Below are positions 36,022 through 49,941 of a stretch of 64,000 nucleotides of DNA, in pieces. The notes beneath the pieces were generated by a model. It worked only from the letters and a program-made list of their open reading frames with translations, was not told the origin of the DNA and made no database searches. The DNA is from Lophium mytilinum (Eukaryota): positions 1,434,961 through 1,498,960 of the forward strand of contig MU004190.1 in the NCBI GenBank assembly GCA_010093605.1. Reading direction: 5' to 3'. Made by a program: the position numbers and the translations under genes. The stretch's first letter is position 1. Every line of letters starts with the position of its first letter.

Positions 36022-36902
36022 ATCGTCTTCCTCACACGCACTATCTTCATCGTTCTCCTACCGGTGGCATTCGCATCTCCTATTGCAAACAGCAACAATC
36101 TGATTCCCAACGACAATGGCGAGCTCGTGTACGCGACTCCAAAGCAGCTGTCTGAGATCGAGAATAGGCGTATCAAGCGCAGCAAGTTGTCAAAACGTGA
36201 CAAGTGTAGCGACGGGGTTGCCCCAGCGGATGGTGAAGACTTCTTCAACTGCGAGCAGTATTGCGAACGAACCACTGCCGAAATCGAAGGACCTGGAGTA
36301 AAAGGTAATCAAGCAAGCTCCATGGACTCATCACACTAGCCATGCTAATACAAACTTAGTATCGGATGATATCAACTGTTCTCTTGGGCAGGGAGGCACT
36401 TATGGTGTTGCTCACGCCATCACTGTCACCATCGCCGAATCCGTTTCCATCAACCTGGGTGGCACTTCCGGTGCAACTGAAGAGGACATTGCCACCTTGA
36501 CTGCTGGTGCCAGCTTCACGTGGACCAAGTCTGTAGCTACCGGGAACACCTACACATTTACTCCTGCAGCTGGTCCGCGGCCCTCAATCCTATTATTCTT
36601 CATCAAATGCTGATAGTGGTACGCTTCATTCAGGCGACCACGGCTACATCATGTTCAAGCCCCACCTTCAGCAGAGCTGCGGTGACTTCCAAGTCTTCAC
36701 CTTCAGCCAGAACGATGATGGGTCTGAAACTTACTGCGACGTTCCAATCTTTTCTGAGGACACCAACGCCTGTGGAACGTCTCCTATGAAGCTTTCTTCC
36801 GGAGAAGCCGACGGTGTCAGTCAAATCTATGTCTTTTGAGATCGTGCACTAATTGAAGACTGGACTTACTCTTTCTGCCGTCCCAACGGGGATGGCTGCT
36901 AG
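36022..36902 (+). CDS. Secreted Cys-containing protein with Kex2-type pro-site and aerolysin/ETX-like S/T-alternating beta region; no in-frame ATG at the signal peptide (possible pseudogene)
   Basis: Signal peptide IVFLTRTIFIVLLPVAFA starts at ATC 36022, followed by LSKR and spliced exons giving ...ITVTIAESVSINLGG...LTAGASFTWTKSVATGNTYTF...GYIMFKP. Introns near 36305, 36572 and 36815. Confidence 0.55.
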
Positions 36903-37684
36903 GTCAAAGCCTTGAGAATTACACCCACGCTTTGGTAACGATGCCTGGACGACTATGCTTTCATAGTAGTACGTTTGCATGTATGTAGTCTTCTAGCAGT
37001 GATCAAACTTACTTCAATGGGATTTACTAAAACCCAGCGCACATTGAAAGTGATGAGTTTAGGCTTTCAAAAACTTGGGCCGAGCTGTAGGATCTTATCA
37101 CCTACTCCTAGCGACGCGAAACAACAGTACCATTAGGAACGGATTGTGCCACGGCCTGATGGTTTGCATCCGCTGTATCCATCCATTCGCGCGGCGAGAA
37201 TTTGCGAGCTCTCGGGAACGAGCTCTGTTCTCTTTTCGAGAGCTAGGAATGACTGCAATGTATACCACTTGGTCAGACAAAGTGCTAAGAACAATAGGAC
37301 TCCTTCTCTCTCTCTTATTTGCGTCATGCGTTGTTCATCATGTGATGAGTTACCAAGCGTCTGAGAAAACCTTTAATAGGCCGAGGTCGCAGTGATCAGG
37401 TGCCATTGAATCTTTGCTATTACAGCTTCAGTAGATTAAGCGAAGAGGGGACGCTATGGCCGGCCATTAAGCGGGCAACGGTGAAGGTAAGTAGCCTATC
37501 CAGAGAAGTGAATATCTTCAAGTAGACCTCTACAAACACGCACTTCTGTCTTCCTGCTACTAGGCCTTCTTATAGATGTCTCTTCTCGAATAAAGGCCTA
37601 CAACCACTCTTCTTTCCAATAACCACCGCGCCATCACCTTTTCAAGAACCTCACTTAGTTCCTCTGTCGTCCTACTCCCACGCC

Positions 37685-39270
37685 ATGGACCCTGCAGCGT
37701 CACACATACATATTCTACTCTCTCAAGACGCCAAGGACAATGACAAACCCCGTACCAAAGCGGCACAGCAAATGCCTCAAGTTCCCCGGCTTCCAATCAC
37801 AGACTCCAGCGCTTCAAAAAACGACGCCGAACCACTCCCACCTCTCCTCCGTCTCCCTCTCGAACTTCGTCGGAACATCTACTCCCACCTCTACCCCTTC
37901 TACCCAGTCAACAGAGGACCCCTCGCAAGCGACTCCCGCAACATCAGCCAAGGCTTCGCCGACGCCAACTTCGACGGCAAAGCCCCCGCCCACATCCAAG
38001 TCCTCCCCTGGGGCTACTCCGGCACCGGCAAAGTGAAGAAGCCCTCCGACCCCGTCCGATGGCTCTACCAAACCGACAACGAGAAAGCGCTCCAAGACAC
38101 CCGCAAAGGCCTGCGCCGCACGCATCGCGCGGAAATCATCCAGCTCCGCCCGTGGAGGATGTCCGACAGCGGCCTAGGCATCCTCGGCGTGAACCGCCAG
38201 CTGCGAGTGGAGGTCCAGGACTACATCTTCCGCGGCACCCAGCCGCGCCTCACGCTCCAGCCTGCTGACTTGGCGCGCATCTGGTGGTACCGCACTGATG
38301 AGTCGCTGTACTGGGCTAAGCTCGCGGCACATAGTGTGGTGAATCTACAGCCTCGGCTCCTCACCCGCTTGCATGTCAAGCTCGATGCGATTCCGCTGTT
38401 GCTGGACTACCGTCCCGTGTCGGGACATAGGGCGTATGTGATGGGGATGCGGGTGCAAGTGTGGAAGCTGTGCAAAACGCTGCAGAAGCTGGCAGTGTTG
38501 GAGGAGCTGGCGGTGGATGCGGGGGAGCTGCATGCGTGCCAGACGACGACGAGACATAGTCAGCAGCCGCATTGCTCGAGGAACGCGAGGAAGACGTTTT
38601 GGGATAGGAAGCGCGCGGAGTTGGGTGATGAGGGGGGTGGGATGCCGTATACGTGGACGCGGACGGATGAGAATCGGATGGCTGCGTTGACGAAGTCGAA
38701 TCTCGTTGTGAAGTGGTTTCAGCGGCAGAAGCTGCGAGCGAGTCCGACAGCGCTGTCGGATTTCGATCTGGTGAGTTTGGAGTACTAGATGTCGTGAGCC
38801 TGGGCATACGGATATGCCACTGCTTGAGTACCGCTTTGGAACATGGACACCACCCCCAGGAACACCCTCAGTGGCAGGATGGAGGACAATCAAGAGGAAG
38901 CTCTGATTCTACAGCGTGGAACTTGACACGGTATCTATTATCTTGAGCGCTATGAGATATCTCGAGCAGTGGCATACGGTCATGCGCAGACTCATGGTAT
39001 GCGACAGATTGAGTGATTATCTGCTTTCAATAACTAGAACAGTGCTGATTTTGATAGATGCTGCAACCCTTTGGGATGCTACAAAATGTTCAGAGGGGTT
39101 ACATCGCCTTCACATGTACCGACAACGACGGTCTCTGGAGCGATCGATATCCGCTGTACAGGATGAGGGCCCGCTATGCCCTTAGCGAGTTTTGTCCCGA
39201 GTGTTTGGAGGCACTTGTCAGACTTAGGAACACATTTGAGGCTCACGTGGGAAGGCTTGAAAGATCGTAG
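37685..39270 (+). CDS. F-box-like (LLRLPLELRRNIY) protein, paralogue of the 43762-45082 gene
   Basis: 367-aa first ORF. A downstream exon MLQPFGMLQNVQRGYI follows intron 38997-39057. The splicing of the middle section is unresolved. Confidence 0.6.
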
Positions 39271-39530
39271 GTCTAAGATCGACGCTTTGTGAGATCGGGC
39301 ATGGCAATGGATGTCGAGAAAGTCTAGGATTCACGTACGTAAAGATCTAGTAGCAGTAAATCGGGCTCTTAAGTTTCACATAGCCAATTCTGGTGCAATT
39401 GACGCTAGGGAAAAGGAATTTTACTACACACCGCCATCACACGTAGTTCCAAATTCCCGTCCTCTATAGCTATCCATAGAACAGCGATCTACGCCGTCGA
39501 GGCCCATGTCGTTCGTCCATCTTTCGAACT

Positions 39531-41300
39531 CTAGTCTGGAGAATCGGATGCCGTCTGTATGATTACCAACGCACTAAACTCTTCGCCTTCCGTTTCGTCC
39601 CAGTCTTCGGCTGGATCATCGTCGTCGTTATCGTCTGATTCCTCTAGATAATCTTCGTCTGATGTATCAGGAGTTGCCGTACTATCGCTGTATTTCCAGA
39701 ACGCAGTAGGGCCTGCGGGTCCATGGGGGTCGAAATCTTTGTCGAACCAAGTGCCAATCACTCCTCTTTCCGAACGCACGCCACCAACCTGAATGCTCTC
39801 ACTCCGCCACCGCTCTTCGCCCCTGTAGACGTTAGCTAGTTCCTTCTCAGGACTCGCAACTAGCTTACGACGAGAAGATAGATATCGTTGTCCACCGAAC
39901 TTCACCTGATGGCGTCATGCTTACGGTGCCTACGAGGGCTGTTAATGCGTGAGCCGCCTAGTTGCTCCTTGAAAAACTGACCCTTGATACGAGAATTGGC
40001 ATTTGGGTCCCATGAAGCGTCTATAGCTTGTGATTTGCCTTCAAAGTTCACATTCGGAAGTTTTCCTTTTACGGTAGGCGGGTCGATGCTCGAGACTTTG
40101 ATTATCATGCGGATGAGGCGTGTAGCTTCTCCAGCATGAAGTGGACTTCGGGGTTGGTCTTCAGGTGGTTCTTGAGAGCCTCCGAAATTGAATGAAAAGA
40201 GATCGTTGTAGTCTGCAAAAATTCATTAGTACCTGCCTGTATATCCTGCATAATAGCAAATACCTAGAAAGCAAACGATCTGCACTGTCAGCTGGGGTCT
40301 CGTATAGCTTGAACATTCCCGGCACTCACTCTAATCCAGTTGCCCGATATATTGTATGGATCTTGAGCTTCCAGGGGAATATCGGGTTCGTATGGTAGAG
40401 GAACATACGATGATTCCAGCGTACTCCGCGCCACTCCGGCGAACGGCCGTGCCCAACTCGGTTCGATCTTCCCCGGTGTGGCAACATAAGCTCTAAAGTT
40501 CCGCGATAAGATGATTTGAATAGCTTCCACCATCTCCCAGTCAACATCTAGGGAGCCGTCATTGAGATATGGACCCCATAAAGTCTTAGTAGTATAGTTC
40601 CGCAAGTCGTACACGCGCGATCGGGCAAGCGCTTGTAGTGTATGCCCATGTACGATGTGCTCAGGAGAGCTGGTACCATGGTAGCAGTGTAGTCGGGCGG
40701 CGAGTTGGCGTATCTCGTGCGGTTTGTGAGTAACCTCTGACATTCGATTAAAACCTGCGCGTCCAAACAAGGACGACCCTGCTAGGAATGTTGCTTTGTT
40801 ATCCGGATTTTTGAACGTAGTAGCTAGGAAGTCAAGATTCAAGGAGCTTTCTTCCGGATCATCTGAGTCTTTTGACGCTGTGAAAAGAAGATTACTCATC
40901 GCGCTCGTAACGAGTTCGAAATGGGAGGTCTGCATATGCTATTAAAACAATTCGATACGATGAGCCACAGCAGGTCCTTTACCTTGATTTCAACATCTTC
41001 AGACATGAGGACCTTTTTGCACTTAATCAATTTCGGTAGTTCCGTCTCCCATTGCGGCTCAGGAAGGCCAGGGATTCGACGCGGGTCATCCTGTGAGGGG
41101 TCAATAAGCTTTTATCTTGGGCCCGTTGAGTGGATCTAACGAACAAAGTTCTTGAGATACAAGGTCCTGAATATCCTCCGATTCTCTTTGATGAAGGCAT
41201 TGAACCCGCGAGAGCTTCGCGAACATGCCGCCAAGTCTTCGGGATTAAGCTCTTCTACGACGCGTATCAACACGTCGTAACACAGATCGAGAAGCTCCAT
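39531..41300 (-). CDS. Conserved fungal F-box domain protein, multi-exon
   Basis: F-box MELLDLCYDVLIRVVEELNPEDLAACSRSSRGF; motifs ARSRVYDLRNY, WGPY, VDWE, RWRSESIQVGG and GPAGPTAFWK; acidic tail. Confidence 0.8.
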
Positions 41301-41632
41301 GACAAGAAAAAGGAAGGAGTTTGAAGGCAAGAGAATGAGGTGGTGACGCAGCTACAACAATGAGGTTGTTACCAAGCGATCTAGCTACCTTTGTAGCATC
41401 GTCGTTGACGATGAGATGGCAGGGGCGGGGAGGGGAACTCGGAGATAAGACGGTCGTGATTTCACGTGACTTTTGCGAGTTATTCGCACTCAACAACGAG
41501 GATGTACGTCTGAAGCTGGTTAAGTTGTTGCAGACGCTAGTGTAGATATATTACGTAGATACGACCGCCCAAGGAAAGTAGCTTTTATCTTTATTTTACA
41601 TTTGTTCGTGACTTCATAACCCAATCAACGTT

Positions 41633-43010
41633 CTATGTAATCTTCGCATGAATCAAAGATTCGTCGCCATGCATTCCTCCAGCCGCCAGGCCATGGAATG
41701 CCGCATCAGCTGAACCCATAGCAGGACTCTCTAGCCGTGGACGGCCGCTATTGCCATTAGTATCTACTCCTGGTGCTTGCTTCTCAAAGTTAGCGAACCC
41801 ATTGGGCTGCTCACTTCTCCGCATTGGCAGCATCTCTTGTTCAGAACCACTTGTCCCAACAGTTTGAGCGCGAATTCGTCCTTCTTCCATCTCTGCAGCT
41901 TCCTTTGCCGCCTTGGCCTCCTTAGCCTTCGATGCATCCTGGCCTGGGTTTGCCGTCTCGAACTCCAGCATCTTAATAAATTTGTAGAAGCCTGCGGCAA
42001 CGATAGCTCCAAGGATAGGACCAAGCCAGTAAATCCAGTGATAGTGGTGGAACGAGTGGTTTACGACGCAAGGACCGAATGATCGGGCTGGGTTGAGCGA
42101 GCCGCCGGTGAAGTAAACACCTGGAAAGAGGTAACGTTAGGAATGGCATGATTGAATGAGAGGGCATGTATAACGATGGCTTACCAGTCAACTCTGCAAC
42201 AAAAAGACTGAGGCCAATTCCCACGGGCGCAATGAACGTTCCCTTATGCTTTTCAGCAGCGAGCATGAAGATGGTGAAAACGAGTTCCGCAGTCAGGAAC
42301 ATCTCAATGAAGAGCCCCTGCACTACGGTAGTACTGCCTCCGAGAGATGTCTGGACTGTCAAGGGGCCGGGAAACATGCAAGCGACGAGCGCGGCTGCAG
42401 TGATACCACCCAGAACCTGAACGAATGCGAGGAGAACGCCGCGAAACCATGGAAGGGCTCCAATCAAACACATTCCGAAAGTGACCTATAACAGTGTCAG
42501 TTTGCTGCCGGCATATCACATGGGCGGCTGGGAGCTTACAGCTGGATTGAACAGTCCGCCGCTAATGCGAAAGAAAACCCACGCATTCACTGCTAGCGAG
42601 AAGCCAAAGGAAAGGGCGATGTACTGCAACTGTTGCGGATTTGACCCAACCTGCGCGACGGTCTTTCCGGTCGATGATGATGGAATGTTGTTCGCAACTT
42701 GAGTTCCAGAGAGCGCAAAGTACAAGAAAAGTACAGTACCGACGTACTCGCCACACATGGCGATGAAGTGATTTCGGAAGCCATGAGGCACGTACTTCAG
42801 AAGTGGCAGACGCAGCGCTTCCGGATGGTGTTCAGCAAGGGGATCTGCAGCCTTCGTGAAAGGGAGTGCAAGGGCTGCAACCGACGTGATGAGCAAAATT
42901 CATTTCGGTCTAGATGATTTCGAGCAATTACCTGCGGTTTGCACGGGTTCCTGGGACGATTCAGCTTGATGCTACCAAGGTTTCTTTGATAAACTTACGT
43001 TGATATTCAT
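41633..43010 (-). CDS. Aquaporin (MIP family, orthodox water-channel type)
   Basis: Two NPA motifs ([10 protein letters not shown] and [13 protein letters not shown]), AMCGEYVGT and [15 protein letters not shown]. Several introns; the first micro-exon starts at 43010. Confidence 0.93.
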
Positions 43011-43761
43011 GGTACAGGCAAGCCGGTAGGCAAGCTTGGTTTAGTAAGATTGCTATGGGACTGAAGATGAAACTAGAAAGAGCAACTCAGCAACTACAGA
43101 GCAATTACCTGGTACTCGGGGCCGTCAGTGACAGATATAGCATATGATGCCCCACGTCACTTTGACACGCCGGGTAAAATAGCTGTGTTCACTTTCAAGA
43201 TGCAAACCAACTGCAGGACGTAAGCCGCACAATAAACGGCCTGCCGTGCCGGAATCCAGTCAAAGTCGTCACGGTGCGTTAGGAGGCCTTAAGTCGGTCT
43301 TAGACCAGTCCTTGATCACTCCGAGGACAAGCATAATTGGTGCCCAGCCACAACGCTTGTGATCTTTGAAGCGGCGGAGGAGGAAAGGTTTCGAGGTGTC
43401 GCCGCCATCTGACCTTAGCGTGAGCACCATGGCTCGATTAGGAGCCCGACCCAAGATAGTGACGATTCGGGCTTCGTCAGGCGGCGAAGTAGGCTTAATT
43501 GAGCGAAAGTCGTAGAATTAAAGCTAAAGAGCCAGCCACAGTGACGTAGAGAAAATGAAAGACCAATCGTGAGCAACGGGCCATTTTCTTTGGCGCGAAC
43601 ACTCTAGCTCCCGCCGTAGAATACGCAAGCCCTCGGTACTTGGCCCGAATTGCCACTGATAAATAAAATAGGGTCTAGGCCCTGGCCGTCGTGCCCTTGC
43701 ATACACATGTACGGGGAAGGTCATACCAAACCTGACAACTCACTATTGCTTATTCCATTGC

Positions 43762-45082
43762 TTACGGGGACCAAGCGTTTCGAAGCAAGCGGATTTGATG
43801 GTAGCAGTCAGCCGTAGTGGCATGGTACTCACCCTCAGCTTCCTGCTCTTTACCACACGGAGACTCAAGACAAGCTCTCAAGGTTTGGGCGATGACCTTG
43901 TGTTCGGAGCACATTGTATTTGCAAAATATGTTCTCTGGGGGCGTGCCATAACAAGAATGTAGCCGCTTTGGACGTTGCTAAGAATCTTGAATGGTTGTA
44001 GCACCTGGTCCTCGGTTAACATGGATCAATCTTGGGCGTTGTGGCGTGTTTATAGTACCAGCTCAAGGTCAGGTCTGACTTCGGGGATACTGTAGTAGAG
44101 CCCATGGCTGACAAGAAGCTACGTGATTAGGTCAGTCGCGGCCCCATAACGGTAGATCTAGAATTCCTACCTTGGGACGTTCAGCATCCTCGCTGGCGGG
44201 ATCAACATCCTGTCTTCGTTGTATCCAAGCACTTTCCGACTCAACTTCCTTTGGAACATCGAAGAACTGTCCTCGGGCGTCAATGATCAGCTCTTGAATA
44301 ACGGGAGCTTTCTGGAGTCGCTTGCAGAGCTCGTAGACACGCTCCCTCAGCAAAAGGATTCTGTTCGAGTTGATCTTTTCCAGATTGGTTTTTGTTGGGG
44401 AAATGACGATGTGAACTCGACGGGGCATTTCGAACGGATAATCTTCTAGAAAAGCTTGCCATCTTTCAAGGTCAGTCACAATAACTTGGCAAGTATTTCA
44501 TTCTAAATAGTGCCATGGAACAGCAACTTGACAAGGAATCAATTCTGCATTGACCTACCCTCTGAATGGGCCTTTGTATCTGTAATCCGCAATGGTAGTC
44601 GCGTAATGTGCGACTAAGATTGTCTGCTGAGTGTCGTGAAATAACCAGTCCTGAACTTCTCTTCGCATCTGGCGATTGGTGCCAGCAATCCCAAGCCCGT
44701 TCCAGGCGAGACCGAACTCGTTCAGCGTCACAATCCCGTCTTTGGCTGCTCGGTGGGCGCGGCGGGGCCAATTCGTGCAGGCGCGAATAAACTGATCTCG
44801 TTGTGAAAGCTCCGACAACGCTATCGCACCAGATTGCGCGTATTCAGGAGTACACGGCTCGGTAGGTACGGGGCAATTCCAAGTCCATACTGGTAGGCCT
44901 GGCTCATGTGGGGACTCTGTGACATGATTCAAGGCTCGAGTTTGGGGAGCATCCTTCCTAACCGTATCCCAAGGGTACAGGAAGCTGAAGATGCGTCTTC
45001 GGAGCTCTGTTGGAAGTCTCAGAAATGGCGAAACTGCATCTGTGCTGTCAGACGTGTCGTCTGAACCCGGTTTGATTAACAT
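43762..45082 (-). CDS. F-box-like (FLRLPTELRRRIF) protein, paralogue of the 37685-39270 gene
   Basis: ORFs 44555..45082, 44132..44479 and 43762..44022 match the 37685 gene in collinear blocks. Confidence 0.6.
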
Positions 45083-47388
45083 TCTTCCGATCTGAGAGCC
45101 GAGTTAGATGGTGCGTTCCATAGTACGGAGATTCACGTCGTGTGCCTACCTAGGTGGAGGCTGCGGAGCAAATGAGCAGAGAAGACCCATGAAAGAAGCT
45201 TAGTGTCACTGAATCTATGAGATGAGGCCCCAAGAGATTTCGCGTTGCCTAGACCGCGTAGAATGGTGCGAACGAGGGTGATCAGTCAGCACGCATATCC
45301 TGTCAGTCTAGACGGTTGAGAGTGCTTGTAGAGCTCGAGATTATGATATCGGACACTCCAGATGAAAAAGTTGGGTACATGATAGATGCCGGATACCAAA
45401 GGCGGGAGGGTGTCACCGTCTTGGGTGCGATATGGCGGTAGGGCTGAACACGCTAAGGCTCGCAGGCTGCTCCAAGCCTAAATCCGCAGACATCCAACCT
45501 TCAGCCATCTCGAAACCATCTGGACAAAGCCTTTACGGCCTCGGCATGCAAGGGTTGCCTTTCCGAACGCATGCGTGGGCACGACTGGGTGATTCCTGAG
45601 CCCTTAACGTGGTCTTTTGACTCCTACGGCCCTCCCAATCGCAACTAGATTACTGGCTACTGTTAATGCTGCGTATAGACCCATCTCCTAGAAACCTCCG
45701 AACTAGCATTGGTTACACTGGAGTCTCTTCGTTGCAATTGTTAGATCAAGAAAGACAACAAGTCTGCTCGACTGCACGCACGCCCCCAACTCTGACAGAC
45801 AAATACCCTTCCGGCATTCAAACCTACGACATGCTTGCAGTATGTGGGCACTAGGAACGTCTAAAAACTCCCATAATTGACAACATAATGGATAACGGAG
45901 ATTGTATGAATGGTTGGACGCGTTGAGAGGGATTCGGGAGGCAAAACGCAGTTTCAAGCTTCTACGAACTAGGTCAGAAGTTTAAACAATCGGACACAAC
46001 ACTGCTTGAACTTCACTAATCTCCTCTCAGCACCACTGCGAGGAGTTCTTTCGCTAGTAGGTAGTCGGTTAGTCAAGACGTTGCTTCATTCCAGTTGTAT
46101 CAATACTTTCATCCTTGTCGCCGCCTTCCCATTGCGCAAGCTTCACCCCTGCTCGGTCGACATCATTGTAAGGAGTAGCTCAATTAGCAGGTAATCATTC
46201 AGCCAAATAGTAGCTCAATGTTTGTAGCGTCACCATTGACATCGTATTCGGGAGTTTACTAGCTTGTAGAAATACCCTAGGCAATGCCCCGCATGCATAC
46301 GAGTCCACTCTTAGCGCTAACCTCCAGGCATCACATATACCTCTCTGAGAGCTAACTCATCGGCGCATTTTTTTTACATTTTGATTTCGTCTCAATTATT
46401 CAGACCTGTTCATTGAAATCAAGACGGATTTACTGGGCTTGCAAGTAGCTAGTTCTCAATACCATCACTCCTCTGGTCTTCGAGCTCTCCACGCTAAAGG
46501 GTACCCCAAGGCACCATGGAATTCCAAACAACTAGCCGCCAAATCCCTCCCTCATACCTCACCACTCCTCCACGTTCTCAACCCCTGTCCACCACAAACG
46601 TGCGTCCAACCCGAAGACCAACCCGACAACCGCTTCCGCACAACGAGCCCCTACGTCTGCGGGCCAAACTTTGTTGATCCATGGGTAAGGATGAATCCGT
46701 GCGGTGGCCTGATTGATGCGGCACTCCAAGACGACGGTGATGGGAGTACGACTACGCAGGTTGGTTCTCACAGCAACTCGGTTCCCAACATCAGCACACG
46801 CCAATGTAGACCAGATCAGCAAATGGAGCGCCCATTTGTAGATCGGGATTCTATAGGCCGGTAATCGACGCGCCGTACTGGGGACCGATGGATTGGTTTG
46901 GGCATCCGATTGAGTTGGTTAAAGAATGGGACTGGGGAAGTGAGGGGAGCACTAACATTCCTTCTGAGACGATGTCTCGAGCTTTCGGGGGAATGAGAAA
47001 ATGAGAGAAGTCTGTTGCTCCGAAGGCCACGAGGTCGACAAGCCTGCGAATCTGGAAAAGTGCGGGCATGAGGCGTCATCGTCTGAACTTCCGCTGCGGC
47101 CACTTCGGAAGTCTCGATGATGCGGAGCTGGAGTCTACCAGGAACATCGCGAGTGAGTTGGCAGGACCGTTCTGCGGTGTGTTGAGACGCCTTGTTGCTA
47201 CTGGACCTCCCCGGGGTATTTATTCCATACGATGAGTTGCAAGGGTTGTTTGAACAAGCGTCATATCGATTCATCGACCGTAGCCCTCACTTCAGAGCTT
47301 ATTTACAACGCTAATACTGATTATGATCCATCTCAGGAACTATGTGGGAGCATCTCTACCAAACTTCCCTCGAGTCCAACGCTATCGC

Positions 47389-48592
47389 CTAACTACTTAC
47401 CCCCTTCCTCACCCCCTCCCACCAATCACCCGCCCGCCTCGCCGTATTTTCTCCTGCAACCTCAAAGCCGTTAATATTCCCTACCAGTACAACATCATGC
47501 GGCGCCGCCTCTTCAATATCCAGCACCACTCTATTCCCCTCCACAGCCCCCATCTCATCCGTAAACTTCTTGATATCAGAATACAGCAACTCTGCCTCTC
47601 CCGAATTCGCCCAGATAGGTACGCGCGTCTCGAACGACGTCCCTAACGCCTCGATGTACGGGTTAGAGAGGACAGAGTACCCCTTGAGGCCACTATAGGC
47701 CGCGGTGCCCCAATTAATGAAGGAGAGCGGGAGGTAGTCTATGTGGAACTGCGGCCTTGCGACGACAGTAGCCTCGCTTGTGGAGAGCATCGGACTAATC
47801 CAGGGGGAGAAGAGCCAGCACGCGGCGGGGTTGGGGAGTTTCAGTTGCGCGCCGTACTCGGCCAGGTACCGGGTCAGCGCGATAGCGAGGTTGCCGCCTG
47901 CGGAGTCGCCGGAGATGATGATGTTGGTGGGCGGGACTTGGAGGTCATGCACCAAGTACACATAGGCGGTGACGGTGTCCTGGAGTGCGGCTGGGAATGG
48001 ATTCGAGGTCTTTGAAGCTGGGAGCGTTGACAGGCGGTACTGGGGCTTGAGGATGTGCGTGGCGCTGGTGTGCTTGAGCAGGAGTTTTGCTGCGTGGCCA
48101 CTCGCCTCTGCGCGTCCGTCGCCGATGACGAAGGCACCTGAGATTGGAGTTAGCAAGCTGGCAACGCAAGTAGTGTAAGGGCTTCATCTTACCGCCGTGC
48201 ATATGAAGGACGATGGTTTCGGTGCTCAGGTCTGCCTTCTTGGAAAGGGGGCTTGGGTACCACGTCGCACCGATGGTGGCGGGCTTGACATCGTCGTTGG
48301 AGGTTAGAGGGCCAATGTAGTACGAAGCTTTGGCGGGGTCGATGGTGATGAATCTGTCCTTCTCTTTTCCAGGGTTCAGTGTTAGCTTGCCGTCGACCTG
48401 AACGACAGCGCTGTGGTGGAGAAATGCGAGCATGAAGCGCTCTCCAAAGGCTTGTCTGAACGTCCAGGTAGGATGTTGGCGGCCGCTTTGGAAGATGTAC
48501 TTCAAAACCCAGATGGGCATTTGGGCCAGGGTAGCCCCCATTGCGAAGAGCACGTAGATGCCCTTGAAGGGCTGTTTACTCAGGATCGTCAT
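47389..48592 (-). CDS. Alpha/beta hydrolase, hormone-sensitive-lipase (abhydrolase_3) family
   Basis: HGG|AF oxyanion motif across an intron near 48190-48138, FPAALQD, nucleophile GDSAGG and C-terminal PHD. Confidence 0.9.
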
Positions 48593-49941
48593 GACTGCGG
48601 AGAGGGTTGAAGTGCGGGGCGAGAGGGGAAGACGATTTCAGTGAAGGCGAAGGCACACGATATCATTGTCAGGGACGGACGTCTTTATGCCGTTTAATCG
48701 CTGACGTATCGTTGCACAAGGAAGCTCCCAAGGTTGATCTGTCGGGGCATAGTCCGAACGGGGTCTTCTAAATGATGTGGGGTCCATAAGCCGAGGTGGA
48801 ATCTGGGGAACTTCTGCTCCACAGTTGGCTAGACCACGGCCACTAAGTCGTAAGCGTGAGCCTTCTTCGCGCCTTTGGACGTATTTGGTTCTAGCTCTTG
48901 TTACTGCTAACCTCGGAACTCTTGTGAGTCGAGGCTTTCGTCTCTTGATTGACCAAGTCTCTCGAAGCTGAGAGGACTCACGTGTAGGTTGACCATTTTC
49001 TTTCAATGTCGATTGCCTTGGGAATACGATGATATAGAGTAAGGGTACATAATCCTTGCTGCCGATTCCAGGTCTCTGGGTATTTGTTGAATGCTAGATA
49101 TGGGAGAGGTGATGGTCGAGCGCTAGTGAGCTGGGCATGCTCTAACAAGAATCTTATTCGGCCATTGAAGTTAGAGAGTAAGCACCGCCGATTCATGAAC
49201 CTCACTATCGGGAAAAGAAATTTAGGACGTTATAGTCGGCTGCCTGCCAATGAATTACTCTCGTTACATGTATTAAAGATGCCAAGACGCCATCCACCCT
49301 CACCTCATCTTTTAGGTGCATGCACGGTGGAACTACAAGCTGTTTGATGATCCAGAAACCTGACACAGTAGGTACATGGTGCCGGGGACTTCAACAGCGA
49401 AATTCGGGTTTGGGAACAAACTCCGGAACAGACTGATTAGTTTCGCAGTAGCCCAGTGAACTGAAGTCAATCTAATGAATCAAACGGGTGATGGCGAGCT
49501 GCCGTATGAATTATAATACAATCTTATAATCGGCTTTAAGTCCTTGCTGCTGACAGTCTTCAACTAGCCCTCAAATAGACCACCTCAATATCTGGTCGTA
49601 CATTCCACCAGCGCAGCAATGGTATATAACGAGTCTTCCCATAATACCACAATATGATGCCAATGTTTTGACATCCGAAACCAGCCCACATAAACACCAT
49701 TCGCCGCCCAGTTCAATTCCGGGAACATGAAAGATTGAGTTTCCAATTTTCGACCGAATGTAAAGACATAATGTGGGTATCGAAGGGGTGGATAATCGAA
49801 CACAAGATTTTACAGTTGTGGAAGAATGGAGGTTTGAGGCGCTGATTCGCAAGCAGCCTCCGAGTCTGGAATGATCATATCTCAGTACTGGCAAGCCAGC
49901 CAAGGGCTCGACCAATTTGATTACTTCGCCTGCTCAACATG

